From Trueperaceae bacterium (lineage in GTDB: Bacteria > Deinococcota > Deinococci > Deinococcales > Trueperaceae): 64,000 bases of DNA. Within the stretch, counting starts at the first letter, position 1. Each line of letters starts with the position of its first letter. The position numbers and the translations under genes are program-made. The stretch is taken from assembly GCA_965213925.1 (NCBI GenBank), contig OZ243927.1:1120001-1184000 (forward strand), given 5' to 3'. Of this stretch, positions 48,876 through 58,784 are shown piece by piece. The notes below the pieces were generated by a model, which made no database searches, was not told where the DNA came from, and was given only the letters and a program-made list of their open reading frames with translations.

Positions 48876-51185
48876 ATGAACGCACAGATACTTCTTTTCG
48901 CGGCGGTCTTTTCGCCCTTCATCGCGGCGCTGCTCGCACCTTTAGTGGCGACTGTCCTCAAGGCGAGAACGGGGCTTTTGCTCGCGCTCTCGTTCGTGCC
49001 GGGGCTCTGGCTGGCGACGCTCTCGGACGCGGCAAAGTCGGAGAATCCGGCGGTGGCGAACCTCGAGTGGGTGCCCGGCATCGACCTAGCCCTCACCTTC
49101 CGCGCCGACGGCTACTCGCTGCTGTTCGCGCTCGTAGTCTCGGGCATCGGCACGCTAATCATGCTTTACGCCTCGGCGTATCTGGGCAAGGGCGAGCGCT
49201 ACGGGCGCTTCTACAGCTACTTGCTCCTCTTCGGCGGCGCGATGATGGGGCTTGTTCTGACGGATAATTTAGTCGCGCTGTTCGCCTTCTGGGAGCTAAC
49301 CTCGATTGCCTCCTTCTTGCTGATCGGCTACTGGGACTTCCGCAAGGCGTCGCAAGACGGCGCGATGAAGGCGATGCTGATTACCGCCATCGGCGGCTTA
49401 GCGCTTCTCGTCGGTGTGGTGCTCCTGAGCATTGCAGGCGGCAGCGGGCGGCTTTCGGAACTCGACTTAGTCGCTATTCAAGAATCGCCTCTTTTCCTCC
49501 CTGCCGCACTGCTCCTCCTTCTAGCGGCGATGACCAAGTCGGCGCAGGTTCCTTTTCACCTCTGGTTGCCCACGGCGATGGAAGCGCCTACGCCTATTTC
49601 GGCTTACTTGCACTCCGCGACGATGGTTAAAGCGGGCGTGCTTTTGGTGGCGAAGTTGGGACCCTTTTTTGTCGGCACGGTGTTCTCGACTGCCCTTCTG
49701 TTCATCGGTCTGGCGACGATGTTCTGGGGTTCGTATCTCGCCATTCGGCAGTACGACCTTAAGGCGCTCCTGGCGTATTCAACCGTCTCGCAGCTCGGTA
49801 TTTTGATGGCGCTCTACGGCGCGGGGCATCCGTTTGCGGCGACCGCGCACCTCATCAACCACGCGGCGTTCAAGGCGACGCTCTTTATGGTGGTGGGCAT
49901 CATCGACCACGAGACGGGCAGCCGCGACCTGCGCAACCTCTCGGGGCTCATGCGCAAATTTCCCGTGGTCTTTGCGTTGGCACTCCCGGCGACGCTTTCG
50001 ATGGCGGGCTTGCCTCCTTTCGGCGGCTTTATCTCTAAGGAGCTTTTTTACGGAGAGATGCTCCATGAAGGATTCTTGCCGATGTTCATCGCGGTCACGG
50101 GCAGCATGATGACGTTCGCGTACAGCTTGCGCTTTTTAGATGTCTTCTGGGGTGAGTTGAAGATGGAGAAGCCCGACGTTCACCGCCCCTCGCTGAGCTT
50201 CTGGCTGCCCGTGACGCCGCTCGTCTTGGGCGTGCTCGCGTTCGGTCTCTTACCCGCCACCGCGACGTGGCTCACGAACCTCGCCGCGCCGTCTTTGGGT
50301 TTCGAGCCGCACGACCTCTACCTCTGGCACGGCTTTTCGCTCGCCTTATGGCTCTCCTTACTGACCTGGGCGGTCGGTTTCGCCATCTACTGGTTTCAAG
50401 GACGCTTCACCTTGGTGCAAGAGGCGCTCACGCCCTCGTGGAACGTCAACACGATTTACTACGCCTCGGTGCGGGGTTTAGAGGGGCTCTCCAATTTCGT
50501 TACGAACCACACGCAGAACACGAGTTTCGCCAACCACGTGCGCCTCATCTGGATTCCCTTTGCGCTGGCGGGGCTCGTGTTCGGGTGGCGCGCTCTACCA
50601 CCAGCGTTTGGCACTCAGGTTAGCCCGGTACCTTTAGAGTTCATCGTGCCCGCGCTCTTGGTACTTTCGGGTGCGGGAGGGCTGCTGGTCTCGAGAACCC
50701 GCCTCAGCGCTCTTATCTTCATGGGCTTAGCAGGGCTCTCGTCGGCGGCGATTTTCGTCATGCTCCGCGCCCCCGACCTGGCGCTCACGCAGCTCCTCAT
50801 CGAGACGGTCACGGTCATCTTGTTCTTGGCGGTCTTTCGCTATTTGCCGCAACTCACGCGCTACACGCGCTCCAAAGCGAGCGCGGCGTTCGACATGCTC
50901 TTAGCGTCGTCCGTCGGGCTGACGGTCTTCACCACGCTCGTCGCGGTGCAGACGCCCATCGCCGAGCGGCTCAAGGACTGGTTTCTGGAGAACAGCAAGA
51001 AGGGCGGCGGGGGCAACAACGTCGTCAACGTGATCCTGGTGGACTTTCGCGGCTACGACACGATGGGGGAGATTACCGTGCTCGCCGTCGTGGGCGTGTC
51101 GGTCTACGCGCTCCTCAAAATGAAAACCGCGCCTATTGCAGAAGACGCATCTTCACAAGAAGAGAGGGGGGACGAAGGTGGCTGA
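48876..51185 (+). CDS. mrpA: Mrp Na+/H+ antiporter subunit A
   Basis: FWELTS, TKSAQVPFHLWLP.AMEAPTP, NVILVDFRGYDTMGE. Confidence 0.93.
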   Translation: MNAQILLFAAVFSPFIAALLAPLVATVLKARTGLLLALSFVPGLWLATLSDAAKSENPAVANLEWVPGIDLALTFRADGYSLLFALVVSGIGTLIMLYASAYLGKGERYGRFYSYLLLFGGAMMGLVLTDNLVALFAFWELTSIASFLLIGYWDFRKASQDGAMKAMLITAIGGLALLVGVVLLSIAGGSGRLSELDLVAIQESPLFLPAALLLLLAAMTKSAQVPFHLWLPTAMEAPTPISAYLHSATMVKAGVLLVAKLGPFFVGTVFSTALLFIGLATMFWGSYLAIRQYDLKALLAYSTVSQLGILMALYGAGHPFAATAHLINHAAFKATLFMVVGIIDHETGSRDLRNLSGLMRKFPVVFALALPATLSMAGLPPFGGFISKELFYGEMLHEGFLPMFIAVTGSMMTFAYSLRFLDVFWGELKMEKPDVHRPSLSFWLPVTPLVLGVLAFGLLPATATWLTNLAAPSLGFEPHDLYLWHGFSLALWLSLLTWAVGFAIYWFQGRFTLVQEALTPSWNVNTIYYASVRGLEGLSNFVTNHTQNTSFANHVRLIWIPFALAGLVFGWRALPPAFGTQVSPVPLEFIVPALLVLSGAGGLLVSRTRLSALIFMGLAGLSSAAIFVMLRAPDLALTQLLIETVTVILFLAVFRYLPQLTRYTRSKASAAFDMLLASSVGLTVFTTLVAVQTPIAERLKDWFLENSKKGGGGNNVVNVILVDFRGYDTMGEITVLAVVGVSVYALLKMKTAPIAEDASSQEERGDEGG

Positions 51186-51759
51186 CCAACCCGTAAAAGG
51201 TAGCGACCATAAAGGCGAGCAGGGCGTCGGCGCGACGACGGACCACTTAGAAATCTTCTTCCGCACCTTTACGCGCCCCGTCATCTACGTGCTCGTTCTC
51301 TTAGGCTTGCACCTCTTCTTGCGCGGTCACGGCTCGCCGGGGGGCGGCTTCATCGCGGGGCTCGTCATCGCGGTGGCGGCGCTTTTGTCGCGCATCGTGT
51401 TAGACCGCCCGCTCGTGCGCGGTGCGCCCAACGCCCTCATCCCGTGGGGATTACTTTTAGCCTTTGCGACGGGCGTCGTGCCGCTCTTTTTCGGCTTGCC
51501 CTTCCTGACGAGCGACTATGGCTACGTGACGTGGCCCCTCATCGGCGAGTTCGAGTGGGCGACGGCGGTGCTTTTTGACGCGGGCGTTTTCATGGTGGTG
51601 GTGGGCTCGACCTTGACGATTATCGAGCTGCTCGCGGGCAACACCGACGAAACCCTGAGCGATTACGGCGAGATGGACCCTGGGACGCTCGAGGCGCACC
51701 CCGACATGAAGGAGAGCGCCCAGTCTAGTCAGCAAAACGCGCCGGAAGGAACCAATTAG
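51178..51759 (+). CDS. mrpB: Mrp antiporter subunit B
   Basis: RGHGSPGGGFIAG, LFDAGV; start set at GTG 51178. Confidence 0.9.
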   Translation: MADQPVKGSDHKGEQGVGATTDHLEIFFRTFTRPVIYVLVLLGLHLFLRGHGSPGGGFIAGLVIAVAALLSRIVLDRPLVRGAPNALIPWGLLLAFATGVVPLFFGLPFLTSDYGYVTWPLIGEFEWATAVLFDAGVFMVVVGSTLTIIELLAGNTDETLSDYGEMDPGTLEAHPDMKESAQSSQQNAPEGTN

Positions 51760-52224
51760 ATGGAACTCCTCTTACCGCTGCTCGCCGCTGTTTTAGTCAG
51801 CACGGGCGTTTTTCTCGTCCTGTCGCGGGCGATGATTCGCCTCATTATTGGTCTTTCCTTGATTGCGTATGGCGTCAACATCAGCATCTTGCTGGTGACG
51901 GGCATGGAACTTAACGCGCCGCCCCTCTTGGGCGCAGGCGAGACCTACGTGGACCCCTTGCCCCAAGCGCTCATCCTGACGGCTATTGTGATCGGCTTCG
52001 GCACGACGGCGCTCCTCTTGGTCCTCTCGGTGCGCGCGTATCAAGCGACGAACACCGACCACGTGCAAGAACTCATTGACAAACCCGACCCCGTCAGACC
52101 GCAGCACGTCTACGCCGACCCCGAGCAGCCTTCGATTTCGCCCGAAACCACAAAGTCAGATTCGGGTAAAGCAGATTCGAACGAGCCCGCCTCCAAAGGC
52201 GAGATGGACGAGGCGGCAGATTGA
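51760..52224 (+). CDS. mrpC: Mrp antiporter subunit C
   Basis: DPLPQALILTAIVIGF. Confidence 0.93.
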   Translation: MELLLPLLAAVLVSTGVFLVLSRAMIRLIIGLSLIAYGVNISILLVTGMELNAPPLLGAGETYVDPLPQALILTAIVIGFGTTALLLVLSVRAYQATNTDHVQELIDKPDPVRPQHVYADPEQPSISPETTKSDSGKADSNEPASKGEMDEAAD

Positions 52225-53775
52225 ACCTCGTTAGCCTCCCCATCCTCATCCCGCTGTTTTTAGGTATCGTGCTGCTCGTCGTTCAGGGGCACCGCGCGAG
52301 AACCGCCGTCGCCGTGCTCGGCAGCGCTGTGACGCTCGCGGTCAGCGTGCTCATCTTCATGCGTACCCTTTCAGGCGAGGTGCTCGTCTTGCAGATGGCG
52401 GACTGGCCCGCACCTTTTGGCATCTCCGTCGTGGCGGACGGGCTCACGGGCATTATGCTCGTGTTGTCGGGCACCGTGTCGCTCATCTGCGTGATTTTTG
52501 CAAGCTCGAGCTTCCAACACACCCCGAGGAGGGGGCAGACAGCGCTGCTGAACCGCGCCCGCGAATCCTTCGGCGCACACGCGCTCCTCCAATTCCTCTT
52601 TATGGGCGTCCACATGTCCTTCTTGACGGGCGATTTGTTCAACCTCTTCGTCTCGTTCGAGGTCATGCTCATCGCCTCGTACGGGCTCCTCATCATCGGG
52701 GGCGAGGTGGCGCAGCTCCGCGAAGGCTTCAAGTACGTCGTCATCAACCTCGTCGCCTCGGCGATTTTCGTCGTCGCGGCGGGCTTTTCGTACGGGCTCT
52801 TCGGCACGCTCAACATGGCGGACATCGCGCAGCGTTTGGAAGGGGTCACGGACCCGCGCGTGACCGTCGTCGCCCTTATGCTCGCGCTCGTCTTCGCGAC
52901 CAAAGCGGCGGTCTTTCCGCTCGGCTTCTGGCTGCCGTACAGCTACCCGGTGCCGCCGTCCGCCATCAGCGCCTACTTCGGCGCGATTTTGACCAAAGTC
53001 GGCGCGTACGCGCTCATTCGCGCCTTTACGCTCATGTTCCCTGAGCAGACGCTCCTGCAGAGCGTCCTCTTGGCGCTCGCGGCGGTGACGATGGTGGTGG
53101 GCGGCTTCGGCGCGATTTCGCAGCAGCGCTGGCGTTACCTCCTGTCGTTCGCGAATGTGGCGAGCGTCGGCTACATCGTGATGGGCACCTTTATCGGCAC
53201 CGAAGCCAGCGCTGAGCGCGACGCTCTACTACTTCATCAACTCGGTTTTAGTCATCTTCGCGCTCTTCTTGATCGCAGGTTTGAGTGAGAAGCTCGGCGG
53301 GCAGAACTACTACAGCGAGGGGCACTTGGCGTCGTACCCGTTTCTCGGCGCGGGCTTTTTCATCGGGGCGATTGCGCTGGCTGGCTTGCCGCCGCTGAGC
53401 GGTTTTATCGGCAAGTTCGGACTCGTGCAGGCGCTTTTAGCGGACGGCGGGGCGCTCAACGCTTGGGCGGTGGCGGCGGCGATGGTCTCGAGCTTCCTGC
53501 TGCTCTACGCCGGCTTATCCATCTGGCGCAACTTCTTTTGGGGTGAAAGCGACGCCGTGCACCGCGTGAGCTTGCCGAGGGGGATGTCCATTGCGACGGG
53601 TTCTGCGGTGAGCCTCATCGTCGTCCTGACGGTGCTGAGCGGTCCTGTTTATAACGCCACCGAGCGCGTCGCAGCGCAGCTCAGTAACAGCAGCGAATAC
53701 ATCACCGCTGTGCTGGGCGACGCAGACCAAGCAGGTAATGAACCGGCAGAACAAGCGGAGGCTAGAAGTGAATGA
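52221..53775 (+). pseudogene. mrpD: Mrp antiporter subunit D split by a +1 frameshift near 53206-53208 (true lesion or sequencing error)
   Basis: DLFNLFVSFEVML in the 5' part and AGLPPLSGFIGK in the 3' part; removing one base restores ...GTEAALSATLYYFINSVLVIFALFLIAG. Confidence 0.85.
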
Positions 53776-54241
53776 CATTTTAGCAGTTGTCCTCATCACG
53801 CTCCTCTGGGTTTTTATCATCGGCGCAGGAACGGTGGAGTCCGCCCTCTTCAACCTGCTCGTCGGGCTCGTACTGGGTTTGCTCCTCATCAGCCTCGTTA
53901 GCAGCAACGAGCGCTCCTTCCCGCGCAAGCTCGTGGCGTTCGGGCGCTACGTGCTCTCCTTTATCAAGGAACTCGTCATCGCGAACCTCATTATCGCCAG
54001 GCTCACCTTGCAACCTCGCTCCGCGTTTAACACCAACGTCATCGCCGTACCGATCCGCTTAGAGAGCGACGCCGCCATTTCGCTCCTCTCCGCGACAATT
54101 ACCCTCTTACCTGGCACGGTGGCGATGGGCGTCTCGAACGACCGCAAACAGCTCTACGCGCACGCGATGGGCGCGAGTTTAGAGGACGCGAAAGAGAGCG
54201 TGACGAAGATGGAGACATTGATTATGGGGTTTATGAAGTAG
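53768..54241 (+). CDS. mrpE: Mrp antiporter subunit E
   Basis: ITLLPGT, LYAH. Confidence 0.88.
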   Translation: MNDILAVVLITLLWVFIIGAGTVESALFNLLVGLVLGLLLISLVSSNERSFPRKLVAFGRYVLSFIKELVIANLIIARLTLQPRSAFNTNVIAVPIRLESDAAISLLSATITLLPGTVAMGVSNDRKQLYAHAMGASLEDAKESVTKMETLIMGFMK

Positions 54242-54316
54242 CAGGTATCATCTGGTCATAGACGCTATGAGTAGAGAAGCCACCACGTAGCTCGTACGTT
54301 CAGAGATGAAGTCCCG
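54241..54316 (+). repeat. ~77-nt structured element, copy 1
   Basis: gcaggtatcatctggtcata...ttcagagatga shared with 56285-56361. Confidence 0.75.
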
Positions 54317-54431
54317 CTCTCAAGCGAAGCTTAGCGGGATCGGTCTGCGAGCTGAGACCCTCGGCGTTGCCGAAATTTCATAAGCGTCATTCGAACTCGG
54401 TAGTACTAAAAATTGCTCTTGAAAGGAAACA

Positions 54432-54689
54432 ATGGTCTTTATCGCTTTGGTTTGTTTAATTATTTCCTTCGGTCTCGGCACCTACCGCGTCTTGAAGGGT
54501 CCCACCGTCGGCGACCGCATCGCCGCGTTCGACTTTTTAGCTGTGAACTTAGCGCTTCTGATCGTTGTGGTGGCGCTTAGGACGGGGTACTCGAGCCTCC
54601 TAGATGTCGCCCTGCTCGTCTCCATTTTAGGCTTTTTGGGCACCGTCGCCCTCGCCCGCTACCTGCTCTCGGGCAAGGTGATGAAATGA
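54432..54689 (+). CDS. mrpF: Mrp antiporter subunit F
   Basis: GPTVGDRIAAFD..DVAL..GFLGTVALARY. Confidence 0.9.
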   Translation: MVFIALVCLIISFGLGTYRVLKGPTVGDRIAAFDFLAVNLALLIVVVALRTGYSSLLDVALLVSILGFLGTVALARYLLSGKVMK

Positions 54690-55138
54690 AGCGTGCCGCG
54701 CCTCTACTCACGGTTGCTCTAGTTCTCGCGTCGATGGGCTACGCCCAGTCTGAAACGACGATAGACCGGAGTGCGCCCTACTTCGTGTTCGACTTGCTCA
54801 CCCTCATCGGCAGCTTTTTCATCCTCGTGGGCGCGCTCGGCATGTTCCGCTTCCCCGACTTCTACACGCGCCTGCACGCCTCGACTAAAGTCGTAACGCT
54901 CGGCGGTTTCGGTATCTTTCTCGGCTCTGCATTTGTGTTCAACGACACCCTGGCGACGACGCGGCTGCTCCTCATCGCGATGTTCTTTCTGCTTACCGCG
55001 CCTCTGTCGGGCTATATGGTGGCGCGTTCGGGCTACTTGCACGGTCTCACCATCTACGAAGAGGAGAACAGTGTGGACGAATGGGACGCCTGCGGCAGCG
55101 AAGGGGCGGAGCCCTCGGAAGAGAACGTGAAGGCGTAA
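54686..55138 (+). CDS. mrpG: Mrp antiporter subunit G
   Basis: RFPDFYTRLHASTK..TAP. Confidence 0.9.
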   Translation: MKRAAPLLTVALVLASMGYAQSETTIDRSAPYFVFDLLTLIGSFFILVGALGMFRFPDFYTRLHASTKVVTLGGFGIFLGSAFVFNDTLATTRLLLIAMFFLLTAPLSGYMVARSGYLHGLTIYEEENSVDEWDACGSEGAEPSEENVKA

Positions 55139-55578
55139 GGTTGTAGGGTGACTTGCGGATGGACAGAGGAAACCTCTCCGTCCTTCTTAAAGAGGTAAGG
55201 GGTTTGGTTCGACTTCCAACCGCTCAACAGAAAATTATCCCGAACCACAACCCTGCCCGGCATAGAGTCGCCTCTCGTGGTGCATAGTTCGCTGTATAAA
55301 AGGTCTATTATGCGACTTCGCACGAGGTCACACCGACCTCACATTGGGCCCTTTTAGTAAAAAACTTCATAAAAACGCAAAATAATTACTGTAAAATTGT
55401 GTGAGAAAATCTATATGTACAACCGTCACGGGGTGAAGCGAAGTGTAAGAAAAAATGCGAAAAGTGCGGCGGGGGGCGAATTTGTCAACATTTCCCTGTG
55501 TACGAAAAAACTCTGATGTAAGATATTTAACGTGAAAAACGCCACACAGGGGGCGCATAGGTAAGGTAAACTTTCTCC

Positions 55579-56283
55579 ATGATGCAAGATTACCCAAGCT
55601 TAGTGTGGCACCTGAAAAACACGCAGCTCTTCGAAGACCTCTCCGAAGACGAACTCGAGGAACTCTCGCGGATTACCCCGTACAAGCGCTTTAAGACCGG
55701 TGACATCATCTACCACATGGAAGACCCCGCCGACGCGCTCTACTTCGTCCGCGAGGGCATGGTCAAAATCTCCATGTACTTCCCGAACGGTAAAGAGATG
55801 ATTTTAGCCTTGTTCGGCAAGTACGACACTTTCGGTGAACTCTTGCTCCTCCCCTCCGAGCGCCGCCCCAACCAAGCCGAAGCGGTCATGGACACCACGC
55901 TCATCGTTTTGCCCGAGAGCGACTTCCAGCGCCTCTTGCAGCAGCAGCCGCGCATCGCTATGAAGTTCATGCAGGTCATGTCCACGAACCTCTGGCAAGC
56001 GCAGACCCGCTTCGCAGAAGTCGGCGCGTTCGACGCACCGGGACGCTTAGCCAACTTGCTCCTCCGTTTGGCTCACGACTTCGGCTACGAAGGCGACCGT
56101 GGCACCGTCATCGACCTCAACCTCACCCAGCAAGACTTAGCCAAGATGATCGGCGCGACCCGCGAGACCGTCTCGCACTGCTTAGCCCGCCTCTTAGAAT
56201 ACGGCGCAGTTCGCCGCCGCCGTGCGCCAATTGCGGTGAATATGGATAAGTTACAGCAGTTCCTAGACGAAGCGAGTGAGTAA
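55579..56283 (+). CDS. Crp/Fnr family transcriptional regulator
   Basis: cNMP domain (FGE) and LTQQDLAKMIGATRETVS HTH. Confidence 0.93.
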   Translation: MMQDYPSLVWHLKNTQLFEDLSEDELEELSRITPYKRFKTGDIIYHMEDPADALYFVREGMVKISMYFPNGKEMILALFGKYDTFGELLLLPSERRPNQAEAVMDTTLIVLPESDFQRLLQQQPRIAMKFMQVMSTNLWQAQTRFAEVGAFDAPGRLANLLLRLAHDFGYEGDRGTVIDLNLTQQDLAKMIGATRETVSHCLARLLEYGAVRRRRAPIAVNMDKLQQFLDEASE

Positions 56284-56284
56284 A

Positions 56285-56361
56285 GCAGGTATCATCTGGT
56301 CATAAACCCTCTATGTGTTCAAGCTACCAGATTAGCACGCACTTTCAGAGATGATTTCTGC
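56285..56361 (+). repeat. ~77-nt structured element, copy 2
   Basis: gcaggtatcatct / agatgatttctgc terminal inverted repeat; homologous to 54241-54316. Confidence 0.75.
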
Positions 56362-56380
56362 GTGATACAAACTCAGTATC

Positions 56381-56413
56381 AAGGCGCATCTACTTCGGCA
56401 GATGCGCTTTTTT
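56381..56413 (+). terminator. intrinsic terminator after crp
   Basis: gcgcatct..ttcg..agatgcgc followed by tttttt. Confidence 0.8.
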
Positions 56414-56470
56414 CGTATTTAGGGCTCGAGCCATGCTAAACTACTAAAAAGTGACCACTAAGGAGCCACC

Positions 56471-56728
56471 ATGCGTAAAGTAGGGATCAAAGAGTTCAGA
56501 GACAACGCCACGAAGCTACTTGCGGCTGGAGAAACCATGCTTATTGAACGGCATGGGCACCCTGTAGGCTACTTCATTCCGGTCAAGAAGAAAGACGAGG
56601 CGGAAATCGCGAAAGCTACAGCGCGCTTAGAAAGGGCTATTGAGCGTGCTATGGACGAGAGTGGCTTGACTGAAGATGATCTAGCTGACCTCTTCACGAT
56701 CAAACGGGATGATGAATTTAGTCGTTGA
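56471..56728 (+). CDS. Phd/YefM-like antitoxin
   Basis: VGIKEFRDNATK..IERHGHPVG. Confidence 0.8.
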   Translation: MRKVGIKEFRDNATKLLAAGETMLIERHGHPVGYFIPVKKKDEAEIAKATARLERAIERAMDESGLTEDDLADLFTIKRDDEFSR

Positions 56729-57143
56729 CGCCAATATTCTTGTTGGAGAACTCCTAAGAACGAAAGGTAGAAGGCTTATCGCGGATGAAAGGCTCGAGCT
56801 TTTCATCGCTGCGAAAGCGTGGGAAGAGGCTGAGTACGAACTTCGCAGACGTGTAGCTGTCATCGTCGAGCGAGGACAATTCTCCATAGACGCGGCTGCG
56901 GAGGTGCTCGAGTCTGCTACGATTTTGGCTGAAAAGCAGCTTGCTATATATCAAGAGATAGAATATAGCGTACTCAAGCAAGAGGCTCTAGCCCGCATCC
57001 CACGTGACCCTGACGACTGGCACTCGGTGGCACTCGCTCTAACGATGAAGGCTGACATTTGGACGCAGGATAAAGACTTTCTTGGCTGCGGTGTGGCGAC
57101 GTGGACGAGTGACACGCTTAGGGCGAAGTTAGGCATTACGTAG
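56709..57143 (+). CDS. PIN domain toxin
   Basis: VVDANIL, RDPDDW, IWTQDKDF. Confidence 0.88.
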   Translation: MMNLVVDANILVGELLRTKGRRLIADERLELFIAAKAWEEAEYELRRRVAVIVERGQFSIDAAAEVLESATILAEKQLAIYQEIEYSVLKQEALARIPRDPDDWHSVALALTMKADIWTQDKDFLGCGVATWTSDTLRAKLGIT

Positions 57144-57174
57144 CTGATGCGAATTTGGAGCGTGTCCTCGAATC

Positions 57175-57279
57175 ATGATCAAGCGCGAAGAAATCCAAGA
57201 GCGCATCGCTAAGATGGACGATGATATTTTGCCTGAGTTGCTCGAGTACGCAGACCGCCTCGAGGTATTAAACCGCTGA
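57175..57279 (+). pseudogene. truncated small antitoxin-like ORF (MIKREEIQERIAKMDDDILPELLEYADRL...)
   Basis: 34-aa DUF2281-like amphipathic sequence ending in the stop region of the convergent low-GC gene. Confidence 0.4.
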
Positions 57280-57846
57280 CGCTTTCCTGCATTTTCCTAC
57301 AAAATTCACAATTGCCGTAGCAGCATCTTTTGCCAAGAGTGTTGAAACATCGAGATTGAATACATGTTCATGCGGTGGGTTGTAAACCTGTTCGTTTTCG
57401 TTACGGTACTTCGCTGCAACAGCATCGGTTGATTTATAGCGAGCTTTTCGGTCATCTCCTATGATTCTTGTAGTGATTTCCTCTGTATTACAAGCTAAAC
57501 GCACCACGACAAAAAGACTCGAGCGTAAGGTCGCAACTTCGAGTATCTGGTTATAAACTACGATGTGTTTTGGTCGTCCTGTAGAAGCGTTAGTGAAGAT
57601 GAAGCTGTACTCAAGAGGTGAAAGCGTTGCGATTGTTTCAAAGACAGCCGCGCGAACTTGTCTTACCCGGTGCCACACACCTGATGGCAAGGTGTTCTTT
57701 CCGTCTGTATGTATCACGCTAAAGATTGAATTGTTGATGCTGTGGTTGTCTACCAATTTCGCACCTGTCAAAGCAGCAAGCTCTTTGCCAATGGTGTATT
57801 TGCCAACCCCTTCGTGACCCAGAAGGTAGATGATGGTGTTTTCCAT
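57268..57846 (-). CDS. P-loop nucleotide/shikimate kinase-like protein
   Basis: GHEGVGKYT Walker A, LVDNH; low GC. Confidence 0.7.
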   Translation of the reverse strand: MENTIIYLLGHEGVGKYTIGKELAALTGAKLVDNHSINNSIFSVIHTDGKNTLPSGVWHRVRQVRAAVFETIATLSPLEYSFIFTNASTGRPKHIVVYNQILEVATLRSSLFVVVRLACNTEEITTRIIGDDRKARYKSTDAVAAKYRNENEQVYNPPHEHVFNLDVSTLLAKDAATAIVNFVGKCRKASAV

Positions 57847-57989
57847 GCGACCAGTGTACCTGTCTGTAGTACTGATCGGTCATTTCGGTGTAGCCTCTGA
57901 CGTGATTCAACTATACGCCGCAGGGAATATGAACTGTTTCCGCCAAGCAATTCTTGTCTTCTTTCTCTGCCATTACGTACAATACCTCT

Positions 57990-58226
57990 ATGAGCAATGA
58001 CTCGAGCCCTCTACTCAAGTGAATCACGGTCAACCCTGAATAGTGCGGTGGACGCCCCTGTATTAGAGAGATGCGTATCCGAGTGACCGACGTGCTCGAC
58101 TTGCTGACTGCTGGCTTGTTTTATGAGCAAGTCCTTGAAGAGCTACCCGACTCAGAAGCTGAGGACATCACCGCCTCGCTCATGTTCGTGTCGCGAAGGT
58201 TAGACCATCCCATACTCATCACGTGA
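57990..58226 (+). pseudogene. DUF433 pseudogene
   Basis: LK*ITVNPE*CGGRPCIREMRIRVTDVL...LPDSEAEDI with in-frame stops TGA 58020 and TAG 58041. Confidence 0.85.
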
Positions 58227-58294
58227 CCTTCTCACCTGCTCGAGCCTCCAAGAATTACCCCCTTCCTTTCAATCCCGAATGCTAGAATTAAAGG

Positions 58295-58570
58295 GTGCTG
58301 CAATTCGAGTGGGACCCGAGTAAAAATGATTCGAATGTCGAAAAGCACGAGGTAACGTTCAAAGAGGCAGCAACCGTTTTCGGCGATCCCCTTTCGTACA
58401 CGTTTGATGACCCCGACAACTCGGACGATGAGATGCGCTTTCTAACCTTTGGTCTCGCGTCTACAGGAAAATTGCTCGTTGTTGCTCACACTGAGCGCGG
58501 AGCAAAAGTTCGCATCATCAGCGCACGTGAACTCACGAAGCGAGAACGCAAACTCTATGAAGGAGGTTGA
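58295..58570 (+). CDS. brnT: BrnT family toxin
   Basis: FEWDPSKNDSNVEKHEVTFKEA..RIISAR. Confidence 0.9.
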   Translation: MLQFEWDPSKNDSNVEKHEVTFKEAATVFGDPLSYTFDDPDNSDDEMRFLTFGLASTGKLLVVAHTERGAKVRIISARELTKRERKLYEGG

Positions 58571-58571
58571 T

Positions 58572-58784
58572 ATGACGAAAGATGACTTACGTTCCGAATA
58601 TGATATCAGTGAACTCGGCAACGCGGTAAGAGGGAAGTACGCTGAGGCTTACAAGCAAGGTAGCAATCTGGTTTTACTAGATGAAGATATCGCTAGAGCG
58701 TTTCCAAATGAAAGAGCGGTCAATGACGCACTACGCTTACTTATGAATTTGGCGAAACAGCAGGCACAACTTCCTGATATTTAG
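58572..58784 (+). CDS. BrnA-like antitoxin
   Basis: [40 protein letters not shown]. Confidence 0.8.
   Translation: MTKDDLRSEYDISELGNAVRGKYAEAYKQGSNLVLLDEDIARAFPNERAVNDALRLLMNLAKQQAQLPDI

Noticed and set aside
54241..54316. SAM-I riboswitch (ATC...GATGA ends)
   Set aside because: Core motifs (AGAG..GAGGGA, GCAACC, GGTGC) are absent, and the element lies 3' of genes
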